In this document: piece after piece, positions 17,543 to 27,174 of the stretch
Layout of the letters: every line of letters starts with the position of its first letter
Numbering within the stretch: the first letter of the stretch is position 1
Assembly (NCBI GenBank): GCA_016839765.1
Contig: JAEOTP010000014.1
Span: 1-46,435, forward strand
DNA from: Promethearchaeota archaeon
GTDB lineage: Archaea > Asgardarchaeota > Lokiarchaeia > Sigyniarchaeales > SOKP01
Direction of reading: 5' to 3'
DNA length: 46,435 bases
The notes under the pieces: generated by a model
What the model was told of the DNA's origin: nothing
The model's database searches: none
What the model saw: the letters and a program-made list of their open reading frames with translations, nothing else
Made by a program: the position numbers and the translations under genes

Positions 17543-18823
17543 GTGTCTCAAGAACACCAGTTTGCATTTTCTTTATCTGAAATTGAAACAAAGCTTAAAT
17601 CAAGACCATTCTACGCTCTATTCTTCAATATAGTGCTACTTTCTATATTCTTTATTCAAGCATTAAGAGTTTATTTACCAGGAGTATATGTTGCAATGTT
17701 TCATGTTGTATTTGGGTATAATATCGTGGAAAATTTACTTATTTTGCTAACATTAATATTTTTTGTAATACCCGCCTTTACGAATACGATATGCAAGATT
17801 GTAGGCATTCGGAGGTTAATGATTAGTTCTATCTATATTATCGCTATAGCTCGACTCTTGATTGCTTTTCACTTACCAAATTTGTGGCAAACAATTTTAT
17901 CTGGGATTATTGTTACTACATATGGAATGTTTATTAGCACTTTTCTCACATTATGGATTAAGGATGAAAGCACCGATATTAAGCGCTATAATAAAATAAC
18001 TATGGTCATTTTCTCATTTTTATGTGCTTTTGTTCTTGATTATTTAATTCGAACAATTGGATTTTCTCAGGATATATCTTTATTACCCCCTGGATTCGAT
18101 GCTAATATATGGTATATTACTCAATATCTCTGGTTAATACTACAGATTCCTCTAACGATCCTTTGTATTTATTTTACGATATTGTATTTTCCCAGATTTA
18201 CTACGGCATCTGATTTAAACATAAAAGAAGAATCTAAAACGAAAAGAAAAAGGACTGTATATTCTTTAGTTTTTATGGGTATTGGGATGTTTTGGTTTCT
18301 ATTATTTAATATATTTCTATATCCAAATATGATAGCCCATTACACAGCAACCAGTTATTATATCAGTAATATCTTAAGTATTAGTGCTCTGATAGCTACA
18401 ATAATGATTTTATTATACGTAAATAGACGATTTACGTTCAGCATTAAAACATTAGTAATATTAAATGGCTTTATGATTGTGTCAGTTTGTTTGTTTTTAT
18501 TTTTAGGTACTACTCTTGCTTATGTGGCGGTGATTTTAATATCTATTTCATTGATTATTATGTATTTAAATTTCTTTATACTTTTATCCTATATGTCTAC
18601 TGTTGTCTATAAATGGGAAAAAGTGAAGACCATATCGAATATTTTCGCGATCGGACTTGTTTTCTATGTTTTATTTACAGTTTTTCATATTTTCACTACT
18701 GATTGGGCATACGTAATATCTGCTTTTAAAGGATATGGTCCTGTGATAATACTTATAGCCGTAATTATTTTTTCTATCTCTTCAGTTCTATCAATTCAAT
18801 TAAATCAAACAGGGAGGGAATAA
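17543..18823 (+). CDS. Polytopic membrane protein (about 12 TM)
   Basis: Continuous hydrophobic helices. In frame with the downstream EEP gene. Confidence 0.85.
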   Translation: MSQEHQFAFSLSEIETKLKSRPFYALFFNIVLLSIFFIQALRVYLPGVYVAMFHVVFGYNIVENLLILLTLIFFVIPAFTNTICKIVGIRRLMISSIYIIAIARLLIAFHLPNLWQTILSGIIVTTYGMFISTFLTLWIKDESTDIKRYNKITMVIFSFLCAFVLDYLIRTIGFSQDISLLPPGFDANIWYITQYLWLILQIPLTILCIYFTILYFPRFTTASDLNIKEESKTKRKRTVYSLVFMGIGMFWFLLFNIFLYPNMIAHYTATSYYISNILSISALIATIMILLYVNRRFTFSIKTLVILNGFMIVSVCLFLFLGTTLAYVAVILISISLIIMYLNFFILLSYMSTVVYKWEKVKTISNIFAIGLVFYVLFTVFHIFTTDWAYVISAFKGYGPVIILIAVIIFSISSVLSIQLNQTGRE

Positions 18824-18826
18824 AGA

Positions 18827-19636
18827 ATGAATAAAAGATTTAAAATCGTTTTAGCAATTGTACTAGTTTCACCGTTGGTTCTTTCAGTAATAACATTTGG
18901 CATTGGAGAATTTCCCAAAGAAGTTTCTCCTAAATCAGAATTAACTTTTATGACATATAATATTCATTTTGGTCAGGGGATGGATGACTTGCTTAATCTT
19001 GAGCGAATTGCTCAAAATATATTAATTGATGATCCCGATATCATTGGACTACAGGAGGTTGAGGTGGGTAGAATAACGTCTCAAGGTGTAGATATGGCAT
19101 TCTGGTTGGCAAAAAGGTTAGGTATGAATTATTATTATCGTAATCCTCTAGATAATTTGCACGTTATGGGAAATGCTATCCTGAGTAAATATCCAATCGT
19201 ATTAAGTAATAGTTATCCGCTTCCAAGTCTGCTACAAGAAAGAGTATTTATTCACTGTGTCGTAGAAGTTAGTGTAAGCATAAGGATCGATGTATTCTGT
19301 ACTCATATAGGAATCAGAACAGAAAATAAATCAGCTCAAATCGATTTTCTACTTGAAAAAATTACAGAAATTTCTACATCTCCTAAACGAGTATTAATGG
19401 GAGACTTTAACTTACAGAATGATACCTTAGAAATAGCAAATGTACTTAATTACTTTAATGATACAGCGATTGAATTTGGTGCAGCAATTCGTGCCCCCAT
19501 TGATTATATTTTTGCCACTGGATACCAAGATATTTTAGATTATCATGTAATCACAGATATGTTACCCGACATCGATTCTCCTACTGAATTTGGCTCTGAT
19601 CATTTACCTGTTGTTTCAATTATAGATTTCTCCTAA
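18827..19636 (+). CDS. Endonuclease/exonuclease/phosphatase (EEP) family protein with N-terminal anchor, CWH43/PGAP2IP C-domain-like
   Basis: MTYNIH, PDIIGLQE, GNAILSKYPI, MGDFN, IDYIF, SDHLPV. Confidence 0.9.
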   Translation: MNKRFKIVLAIVLVSPLVLSVITFGIGEFPKEVSPKSELTFMTYNIHFGQGMDDLLNLERIAQNILIDDPDIIGLQEVEVGRITSQGVDMAFWLAKRLGMNYYYRNPLDNLHVMGNAILSKYPIVLSNSYPLPSLLQERVFIHCVVEVSVSIRIDVFCTHIGIRTENKSAQIDFLLEKITEISTSPKRVLMGDFNLQNDTLEIANVLNYFNDTAIEFGAAIRAPIDYIFATGYQDILDYHVITDMLPDIDSPTEFGSDHLPVVSIIDFS

Positions 19637-19762
19637 TAATCTAAAGCTTAATATTACTATGGTATAAATTGAGGATTTAGAAGAATTAATTAAATTTTTA
19701 ATGATAAAACGTTCTAGTTCAGATTAAATTGAAATTAACATAGTGTATAATAATCGACAGAA

Positions 19763-20713
19763 ATGAAACGCTCAAGTCTAGCAAGTTTATTGGGGACTCT
19801 GAGTCTCGGGTTAATCATTAGTTCGTGTATTTTAAGCCCAAATCCAACGAATATTGGTCTTATTCCCCTCGGAATATTGTTTTCAATATTGTTAATATCC
19901 GGCATTCTTGGTTCTTATTTCGGAGTTCGAACTTCAAATATTTATTATCATTATTATATCTACTATCCCTTAACGCGGTTTTTGTTTACTTACTATGGAA
20001 TTATTTCTATAGTGATAAGTCTAATTGCGATGTGTGTTGATATATCAATATTGGGGATAACTAGTGAGATATTATGGATTTCAAGTGCTGTGATTGGGAT
20101 TGTAGCGGCAATATTGTATCGTAGCGATAAAGAAAAACACGTAGCGGCCAGTTATTCCCCAGAAGTTAGAGATCAGACTAGAGGGATGTATGATGCTACA
20201 TTTAAGATAGTTCTGTTTGGTGAACCAGAAGTAGCAAAAGCAAATTTAACTCAGAAATTCTTGACAAATCTATTTGTATCCGATTCAAAAATGACGATAG
20301 GTGTCGATTTTGAAGTTAAAAGTGCAGATGTTGGGGGTAAGAAAGTTAAATTACAATTATGGGATTTTAGTGGAAAGGAACGATTTAAATTTTTACTTCC
20401 AACTTACGTTCGAGGTGCTAAAGGAGGTCTTTTTGTTTATGATGCGAATAAAGAATCTTCTATCAGGAGTATTGATGAGTGGTTAACAATTATTCGAAAC
20501 AAGATTACACCAGAGGTCGAATTCCCCATAATAGTTGTGGGGATTATCTCAGATATGGTTAATAATCAACAGATTTCTGCTGAAGAAGGCATCAAAATTG
20601 CAAAATCACGAGGGCTAGATGGTTTTATTGAATGTAGTGTTGAAACAGGGGAGAATATCGAAGAAACATTTGAAGCTCTAGCACGATTAATCTTGGAAAG
20701 ATCCAACGCATAA
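19763..20713 (+). CDS. Membrane-anchored (4 TM) Rab-like GTPase with degenerate G1/G4
   Basis: N-terminal TM helices; FKIVLFGEPEVAKAN, TIGVDF, LWDFSGKERF, VGIISD, ECSVETGEN. Confidence 0.85.
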   Translation: MKRSSLASLLGTLSLGLIISSCILSPNPTNIGLIPLGILFSILLISGILGSYFGVRTSNIYYHYYIYYPLTRFLFTYYGIISIVISLIAMCVDISILGITSEILWISSAVIGIVAAILYRSDKEKHVAASYSPEVRDQTRGMYDATFKIVLFGEPEVAKANLTQKFLTNLFVSDSKMTIGVDFEVKSADVGGKKVKLQLWDFSGKERFKFLLPTYVRGAKGGLFVYDANKESSIRSIDEWLTIIRNKITPEVEFPIIVVGIISDMVNNQQISAEEGIKIAKSRGLDGFIECSVETGENIEETFEALARLILERSNA

Positions 20714-20725
20714 TTAGTGCGTATT

Positions 20726-21682
20726 TTAAAAATTAAACAATTTTTTCAATTTATCAACTGTTTCAGAATCAAATTTTCTAAATATGGAATAAGCAGTAAT
20801 TGGTATAATGCAACCACAATTAGAACATAAGAGTGATGAATTTCCCATGACACAAAACTTTTGCGTTCCATCAGGATAATAACTCTTTATTTCACCGGAT
20901 TTAAATACACAATATGGTACAAATTCTTTTGACATATATACTTCTAACATTTTTTTGGAATAAAAAATAAAATCTCCATATTCACGCATAACTCTTAACA
21001 TCGTTACTATTGTTTTTTTTAAGATATTTCCTTTTAATAAAAGGGGGTCGTTAGGATAACCAGTATACATTAAGAAAACTAATCCAGAAGCACCATTCTC
21101 ATAGGCAATTTTGACAATATCATTAATTTCATTATAATTTATGGCCATGATGGTTGTTGCAACCACCGGATTACTTACCTGAACAGTTTGTAAAACTTTG
21201 TCAAAAACCTTCACACCTCTTATCTTATTATGGGTTTCCTTAGTACCATCTATACTTACCCAGTATTTTGGTTGTTTATATCCATTAAATTGAGGTAAAT
21301 TTATAACTCCATTTGAAACAACTTGAACTGAGGGGAAAATCTTAATCGCTTCTTTTATAACATCTATTCTTAAAGTAGGTTCTCCACCAGTTAAAACTGC
21401 TGTTTTTGTTCCTAAATCTCTATGATATTTAAAAACTTTGATCCATTCTTCCTTGGATAATTCTATTCTTTTATTTTTTAATTCCATGGATGATAAGGAA
21501 AAATAACAATGCTTACATTTTAAGTTACACTTCCAAGTTACATCATAATTCATATATAACGGAACCTTTTTTATTCTTAACTGTAAGATTGATAATCCCA
21601 TGGAAATAATTCTTATTATATTATTTGCAGTAAAGAGTTTCATTATGAATATTATTCTTGGATATAATTTATCATTAATCAT
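20726..21682 (-). CDS. Radical SAM protein
   Basis: CNLKCKHC, TGGEP, VSIDG, HNKIRG and a Cys-rich C-terminus. Confidence 0.9.
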   Translation of the reverse strand: MINDKLYPRIIFIMKLFTANNIIRIISMGLSILQLRIKKVPLYMNYDVTWKCNLKCKHCYFSLSSMELKNKRIELSKEEWIKVFKYHRDLGTKTAVLTGGEPTLRIDVIKEAIKIFPSVQVVSNGVINLPQFNGYKQPKYWVSIDGTKETHNKIRGVKVFDKVLQTVQVSNPVVATTIMAINYNEINDIVKIAYENGASGLVFLMYTGYPNDPLLLKGNILKKTIVTMLRVMREYGDFIFYSKKMLEVYMSKEFVPYCVFKSGEIKSYYPDGTQKFCVMGNSSLLCSNCGCIIPITAYSIFRKFDSETVDKLKKLFNF

Positions 21683-21731
21683 GGATTAATGGAGAACAAT
21701 TTCTACCTAGAATTTTCTTTTTAAATTTTAA

Positions 21732-21911
21732 AATCTTTCAAAACAAGTATATGAAGGACCTTCAGGCCTATCTTCCATTGCAATCCTATCAGATTACACA
21801 ATCTGTATATTATTTGAAACTGGGAAGTATGACATTCGTGAATCTATAACGTTAATAAAAGTTGATCTTGATTGGCTTACAGATGGACGGGACATGGTTG
21901 TTCCAATATAA
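21732..21911 (+). pseudogene. C-terminal fragment of a GH33 sialidase-like gene
   Basis: Start-less frame NLSKQVYEGPSGLSSIAILSDYTICILFETGKYDIRESITLIKVDLDWLTDGRD... matches the last blade of BNR/Asp-box sialidases (GPSAYS...LYE...WL). Confidence 0.7.
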
Positions 21912-22116
21912 ATATTAAATATTTAAACCTTCTTTTTTAATTATTTATTTGATTAAATTCCTATATTCATTCCTTCTTTGGCTAATTTTAATACAGATAT
22001 TATTCTTAAGAGAAAGTTTTTATACTAAAATATAAGTATATCACTTACAGAACTGTATAAAAAATAATTTATACATTAGAATGAAATCTAATTAAAATTT
22101 TAAAGAGGTAATAAAA

Positions 22117-22599
22117 ATTTCACTTGAGGATACATTTGCTGGAGCGAAAAATGCGTTTATTTTACTCGATGCTTTTATAGGTACAGTGATAAAGGAAAAT
22201 GGAGAGGAGAAAGCGTATAACATGATTGAAGAAACCTGTCAAAACATAGGAGCGCTACAAGGTAGGATGTCAAAAAGCCAAGCAAGACGGGAAAAAATTA
22301 AAGAGATGAATCCAAAAAACGCTTCATTTTTAGCTTCAGGTGCTATTAAAGGATTTGGTATTGAAACAGAGATTCTTAAAGAGAGTGACGAAAAAGTGAG
22401 CATAAAAGTAGGGAAATGTCCTGTGTATGAAGCTGCCAAAATGATGGGTTTAGACCCAGAACCATTGTGTCGGAGGAGTGCTATACCATTTATGAATAGT
22501 TTAGTTAAAGAATTAAGTCCTAATTTACAATATGAGCTTGAAAAATTCAGAACCGGACAAGATGATTTTTGTGAAGAGTCAATTGCATTGATAAAATAA
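22117..22599 (+). CDS. V4R/ATC-hydrolase-like small-ligand-binding protein
   Basis: KCPVYEAA...LC...FCEE. The frame extends upstream of GTG 22186 to an ATT 7 nt after GAGGT. Confidence 0.72.
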   Translation: MSLEDTFAGAKNAFILLDAFIGTVIKENGEEKAYNMIEETCQNIGALQGRMSKSQARREKIKEMNPKNASFLASGAIKGFGIETEILKESDEKVSIKVGKCPVYEAAKMMGLDPEPLCRRSAIPFMNSLVKELSPNLQYELEKFRTGQDDFCEESIALIK

Positions 22600-22683
22600 A
22601 ATAGGTTTAATAAACTGGTTTTTTCTTTTTTTTTTTTATTCATTTTGCTATAAGAATTAATTTTTCTATTAGAAATTGTTATT

Positions 22684-23457
22684 TTAAAATCTAAGAAATT
22701 TCCTATTCCCTCTCTCTGGGAATATTAGATATTTTTTAAATTTAACTTTTAGGCGTTCTTGGGACATACCTAAACGCCACAGCCAATAAATCCAAAACCA
22801 TATTACATTTATATAAAGGAATCCGTTTTTTTCATATCGCCTGGTTGATGTAAGCACCGTTGAATGAATATATATAAATCTTTTCTTTCCATATTTTCTC
22901 AAGCGCCGCGAGAAATCAAAATCTTCACAAATCCATAAAGATCGAAATCCTTTAATTTTTTCAAAAACGGATTTACGGATAAAGATTGCATTATCTCCTG
23001 GAAATGTTCTTAGCAATCTCACAAGCCAGTTACCTATTCCTTGCCACCAGAAATTAGCAAATTTAAGGAAAGATGATCGTTTAACAATAGGATTCCAATT
23101 CCAATCTTTTTTAAAACCTCCTCCAATAACATTAGAATCTCTTAATCTATAAAGAACTCGTATTATTGCGCCTTCTGGCAAAATTGTATCAGCATGTAAA
23201 AATAGTAAAATGTCTCCCTTTGCGTGCATTGCACCTGCATTTAACTGCTGATACCGTCCCCTTGGTCCAATGATCACCTTATCTGCTAACTTTTGTGCAA
23301 TTTCAAGAGTTCCGTCTGTGGATCTACCATCACTGACAATTATTTCAATAGGAGCTGCTTTTCCTGAGGGAAAATATGCTGCTAAGCGAGCTTTCTTAAT
23401 AGTTAATTCAATATTTTCTGCTTCATTCAAGGTAATGATAATTATACTGACAATCAT
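22684..23457 (-). CDS. GT2 glycosyltransferase, TIGR04283-like
   Basis: SIIIITLNEAENI, SDGRSTDGT, GRYQQLNAGA, LLFLHADT, GDNAIFIR, ICEDFDF, TSTRRY. Confidence 0.9.
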   Translation of the reverse strand: MIVSIIIITLNEAENIELTIKKARLAAYFPSGKAAPIEIIVSDGRSTDGTLEIAQKLADKVIIGPRGRYQQLNAGAMHAKGDILLFLHADTILPEGAIIRVLYRLRDSNVIGGGFKKDWNWNPIVKRSSFLKFANFWWQGIGNWLVRLLRTFPGDNAIFIRKSVFEKIKGFRSLWICEDFDFSRRLRKYGKKRFIYIHSTVLTSTRRYEKNGFLYINVIWFWIYWLWRLGMSQERLKVKFKKYLIFPERGNRKFLRF

Positions 23458-23462
23458 AATAA

Positions 23463-24257
23463 CTATTTATCGTTCTTTTTTGCTATTTTTCGCCTACGGG
23501 TTTGATCTTGCTCTTCTACGATATAAAGGTTTAAATCTTCTATGATCTTGGCAGTATAGTGAGGAAAGTAAAACCCAGTGATTCTTTCTGAGTTTTTAAG
23601 TATTTTAATATATGAAATTAGGGTGACTAAATCTTCTTCAATATCAATATCTCCATATGGAGGGAGGGAAAACAACAGAAATTTATTTTCTCTACAGAAG
23701 TTTGCAAATTCAGATAATTCTAATCCACCACTGAATAAATGGTATTCTGAAAACCAACTAGGATTAAAATCTTTAGTAAGTCCAATAAGATATATACCAC
23801 CCCCAGTAGAAGGTCCAATAATTATAGGCTTCTCATTGGTTTTTTTTACTAAGTATTCCAAAGCTAGGTTAATTATTTTAGGGTCTAAAAATGGTAAGTC
23901 TGCGCCTAAAACAACTAATAAAGTTATTTTCTTTTCAAAAGATTCCTTTACAACTGATCCAAATCGTTGTTCAAAATTTGAACCCTTCTGAGGAATAAAA
24001 TCTATAGGTTTACTTAAATAACCATCAGTTCTAACACAATCAGCAATTTCATGAAGTTTGCCTACGCTTTCATCAGGAAAATAACCAACTTGTATTGTAT
24101 CTGCATTTGTTTTGGAAGCTATACTAATCGTGTCTTTGAGCATTGCTTCGGCTATTTTAGCTGAATCTAATTCAGTTAAACACGTATTTTGGGTTAATCG
24201 TGTTTTTACTAATCCTGGAATTGGAACCTTTGTAAAAATAACTATTGCAGATTTCAT
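23463..24257 (-). CDS. DUF2064/TIGR04282-like GT-A transferase
   Basis: IFTKVPIPGLVKTRL, QKGSNF, GADLP, IGPSTGGGIYLIG, DIDIEEDL. Confidence 0.9.
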   Translation of the reverse strand: MKSAIVIFTKVPIPGLVKTRLTQNTCLTELDSAKIAEAMLKDTISIASKTNADTIQVGYFPDESVGKLHEIADCVRTDGYLSKPIDFIPQKGSNFEQRFGSVVKESFEKKITLLVVLGADLPFLDPKIINLALEYLVKKTNEKPIIIGPSTGGGIYLIGLTKDFNPSWFSEYHLFSGGLELSEFANFCRENKFLLFSLPPYGDIDIEEDLVTLISYIKILKNSERITGFYFPHYTAKIIEDLNLYIVEEQDQTRRRKIAKKNDK

Positions 24258-24293
24258 ATTAAAAAACTAATTAAATAATATTATTAAATAAAG

Positions 24294-25106
24294 CTAAGGT
24301 TTTTTAGCAATCCACATACCTCTACTTACCCATTTATTATGAACCGCTTTCTGCCAAGCCAGTACTCCTTTTTCTGCTTCAACATATAACTCTTCCCCGA
24401 ATCCTGCAATTATATTCTGTTTGTTTTTTTGAAGAATTGAGATATAACCATCCATATGATTAGCAAAATCATCACCTAGGTCATCATTTTCTATAAGTAT
24501 CAGCCCAACTTCTTCAATAAGTTTACCATATCCATCTAGAGTTTGCATATCAGGGAACACCATGAATTCCATCAAATAATCAGCATCAGAGTCAGGAGCT
24601 TCAATAGATCCCCAAATCCAATCTGCAAATCCTAAAACGCCTCCAGATTTTAAAACTCTATTAGCTTCCTTTATTAGTCTTGGTTTGTCTCTAATATAAC
24701 ACCAAGCATCTTGACCCCACACCACATCAAAAGTATTTGCATGAGCAGGTATATCTAAAGCAGATCCAAGCCTATATTCGATCTTATCTTCATAATGTTT
24801 TCCTTTTGTTCTTTCTTTAGCTTCTTCTATCATTTCAGGAGTTATATCTAATCCAACGATTCTAGTCCCATAATTTTCTGCCAAATGTCTCGCGGGACCA
24901 CCCAGGGCTGAACAAATATCTAATAGATAGATATCTTTTTCTTTGTCAAGTCCAACTTTCTTTGCTAAAACGTCTGTTTGTTCTGCTCCACCGACATGGA
25001 TTTGTTCACCCATAAGGAGCTCCCAAAGTTTACCACCAGGACCTGCATAAACTTGACTTACATCCCATACCGAAAAATCATACTTTTTTTTATTCATTCT
25101 ATACAC
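24294..25106 (-). CDS. Class I SAM methyltransferase (sarcosine/dimethylglycine or sterol MT-like)
   Basis: GEQIHVGG, LLDICSALGGPARHLA, FDVVWGQDAWCY, RVLKSGG. Confidence 0.88.
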   Translation of the reverse strand: MYRMNKKKYDFSVWDVSQVYAGPGGKLWELLMGEQIHVGGAEQTDVLAKKVGLDKEKDIYLLDICSALGGPARHLAENYGTRIVGLDITPEMIEEAKERTKGKHYEDKIEYRLGSALDIPAHANTFDVVWGQDAWCYIRDKPRLIKEANRVLKSGGVLGFADWIWGSIEAPDSDADYLMEFMVFPDMQTLDGYGKLIEEVGLILIENDDLGDDFANHMDGYISILQKNKQNIIAGFGEELYVEAEKGVLAWQKAVHNKWVSRGMWIAKKP

Positions 25107-25148
25107 TTTTGATTCATTATAATATAATAGATTTAAGGTTAACCAACA

Positions 25149-26234
25149 CTATTCTTCTTTAAGAAGATTAGGGGTGAATTGATAACATTTGGGATCAGTT
25201 GCCAATATATCTCCTTCATAATAGTAAGCACTACTTCTACATCCAAAGCAATATGAATTATTGACACAATTTCCACAATTTCCTGGAAGTTTAGAAAGAT
25301 CTCGAAAGTCTAAAAAAAGAAGCCTTTTTTTATGTTTCTCAATTAATACTTCAAGTTTCTCATTGTTAACATTGCCAAATTCTTGGGTTCGAATAACTGA
25401 GCAAGGCGTAATCCAACCGTCATAAGTTACACAAATTACCGTACCACAGTAAAACTTTGATACATCCATAGGTCCACATGAAGGATCGTCGGGATAATTC
25501 AATTTGTCCCTATAAATAAATGCATCCTCAATTTGACTAATGGTAGGTTCCCAAGAAGCATTAGCATTGCGGTGTATGACAGGATTAAATAGCGTTAAAC
25601 AACTTTTAATGCCAAACTCTTCTTGCATATAAAAAATCATCCTTTTCGCATCCCCATCTGCTAAGGGGGACGTATACGTAATGCAATTTACCATTGCCCC
25701 GGGATTTTTCCCTTCAGATAACACATTTACAATTCCTTTTAGAATTAGTTCTATATTTTTAGAATCCCCATCACACCCTTCACCTCCATGTAAAATACTA
25801 TATAACTCTGGATTAATAGTATCTAGATGTGTTGAGATAAATCCTCCATCAGTTACCTCAACGGCTTTTTTTGCTATCCTTGGATTTGCTAAAGGAATAC
25901 CACTAGTCCAAATATTATTGATTAATCGTAAGTTTGAAGCATACTTGCATAGTTCATACCAATCCTTTCTTAAAAAAGGATCTCCTCCCAACCAATCAAT
26001 CATACGGACTCCTATTTTGGATGCGGCATCTAATAATTCTTTGATCTTTCCAGAATCCATTCCCTGTGGACTATCTGGTGTACTTCCTGCATAACAATAG
26101 TCACATAACTGATTACATCTTAATGTGGATTCAATTTGAAGGATAAAGATTTTACCCTCGTCAAAATATTGCTTTTGAAGCTCAAATTCAGAAGCCATCC
26201 CCGCGTGTTTTAATGGAATATCCTCTCTTCTCAT
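25149..26234 (-). CDS. Radical SAM/SPASM protein
   Basis: CNQLCDYC; C-terminal YCG...PCS...CGNC...CFGCRSSA...DPKC. Confidence 0.92.
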   Translation of the reverse strand: MRREDIPLKHAGMASEFELQKQYFDEGKIFILQIESTLRCNQLCDYCYAGSTPDSPQGMDSGKIKELLDAASKIGVRMIDWLGGDPFLRKDWYELCKYASNLRLINNIWTSGIPLANPRIAKKAVEVTDGGFISTHLDTINPELYSILHGGEGCDGDSKNIELILKGIVNVLSEGKNPGAMVNCITYTSPLADGDAKRMIFYMQEEFGIKSCLTLFNPVIHRNANASWEPTISQIEDAFIYRDKLNYPDDPSCGPMDVSKFYCGTVICVTYDGWITPCSVIRTQEFGNVNNEKLEVLIEKHKKRLLFLDFRDLSKLPGNCGNCVNNSYCFGCRSSAYYYEGDILATDPKCYQFTPNLLKEE

Positions 26235-26308
26235 AGAAATTTCCTTAATCTCCTTAATTATTTACTTAAATTAAGTAAAATTATTAAATTTTCAATTTAT
26301 AAAATAAA

Positions 26309-27076
26309 TTACCCGTAGACCAAATTTACCCAATCCATACCTATCGTAACACTTTGAATGGCTAAAGCGATTAATGAAGCTCCCATTGTAATAATTACAA
26401 CCCAAAAGCTTTTTCTTGGCCAAGGGTTATTCTGTATATTATATCCCATCTTGTATTGTTCCCATAGAATTACGGAAATTAGAACAAATAACCCAATATT
26501 AAATGCCCAAGTAGCGAATTCAAGACTCTCTGGTGGTAAATTGATGAGATATCCTGCAACTTCACCATAACTATATAGTTGAGCTTCTAAAGGAAGTCTA
26601 ACGATGAAGAACATTAAACCCATATGTCCTACTAATATCCAGGCAATTATTATTGTGTGCATATTCAGCCAATTATTTCCTCTTTTGCTTAAATTTTTTT
26701 CAAAATATTTCTTTCCTTTAGTCTTTTCAACCACTACAATAATAATCCAAATACCAAGTATTATTGAAGATATAATGGTACAGATTACAGTATTAAATGA
26801 TCCGCTCGCTGTTATAGGTAGCATAAAGGATTGAATCATCGCTATGGTTCTTGATAATGGAGTTTTATGATACCAGGCTAAACCCACATTCAAAATAATA
26901 ATAGCATAAGCAATATTATGAGTCCATCTTGGATCATTTATAGCATATTCAATAAACGATAACCACCAAATAAGATAAGCTACTCCCATGATAATTAAAC
27001 CTAACCCGGGGCCTACAAGTTTATTTTGTTTTGATGTTGTTGGTTTCGGTTTTTCTTCACTCATTATTACTATCAC
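26309..27076 (-). CDS. Polytopic membrane protein
   Basis: About 7 hydrophobic helices. Co-oriented with the rSAM operon. Confidence 0.8.
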   Translation of the reverse strand: MIVIMSEEKPKPTTSKQNKLVGPGLGLIIMGVAYLIWWLSFIEYAINDPRWTHNIAYAIIILNVGLAWYHKTPLSRTIAMIQSFMLPITASGSFNTVICTIISSIILGIWIIIVVVEKTKGKKYFEKNLSKRGNNWLNMHTIIIAWILVGHMGLMFFIVRLPLEAQLYSYGEVAGYLINLPPESLEFATWAFNIGLFVLISVILWEQYKMGYNIQNNPWPRKSFWVVIITMGASLIALAIQSVTIGMDWVNLVYG

Positions 27077-27174
27077 ATTTGGAAAAAGTCTATTTTAAAT
27101 TTTATATCCATTTTGTCTTATTTAAAATTTATAATTTTAAACTATAGGTAATTAAAAGCAAATATTTGATTATA

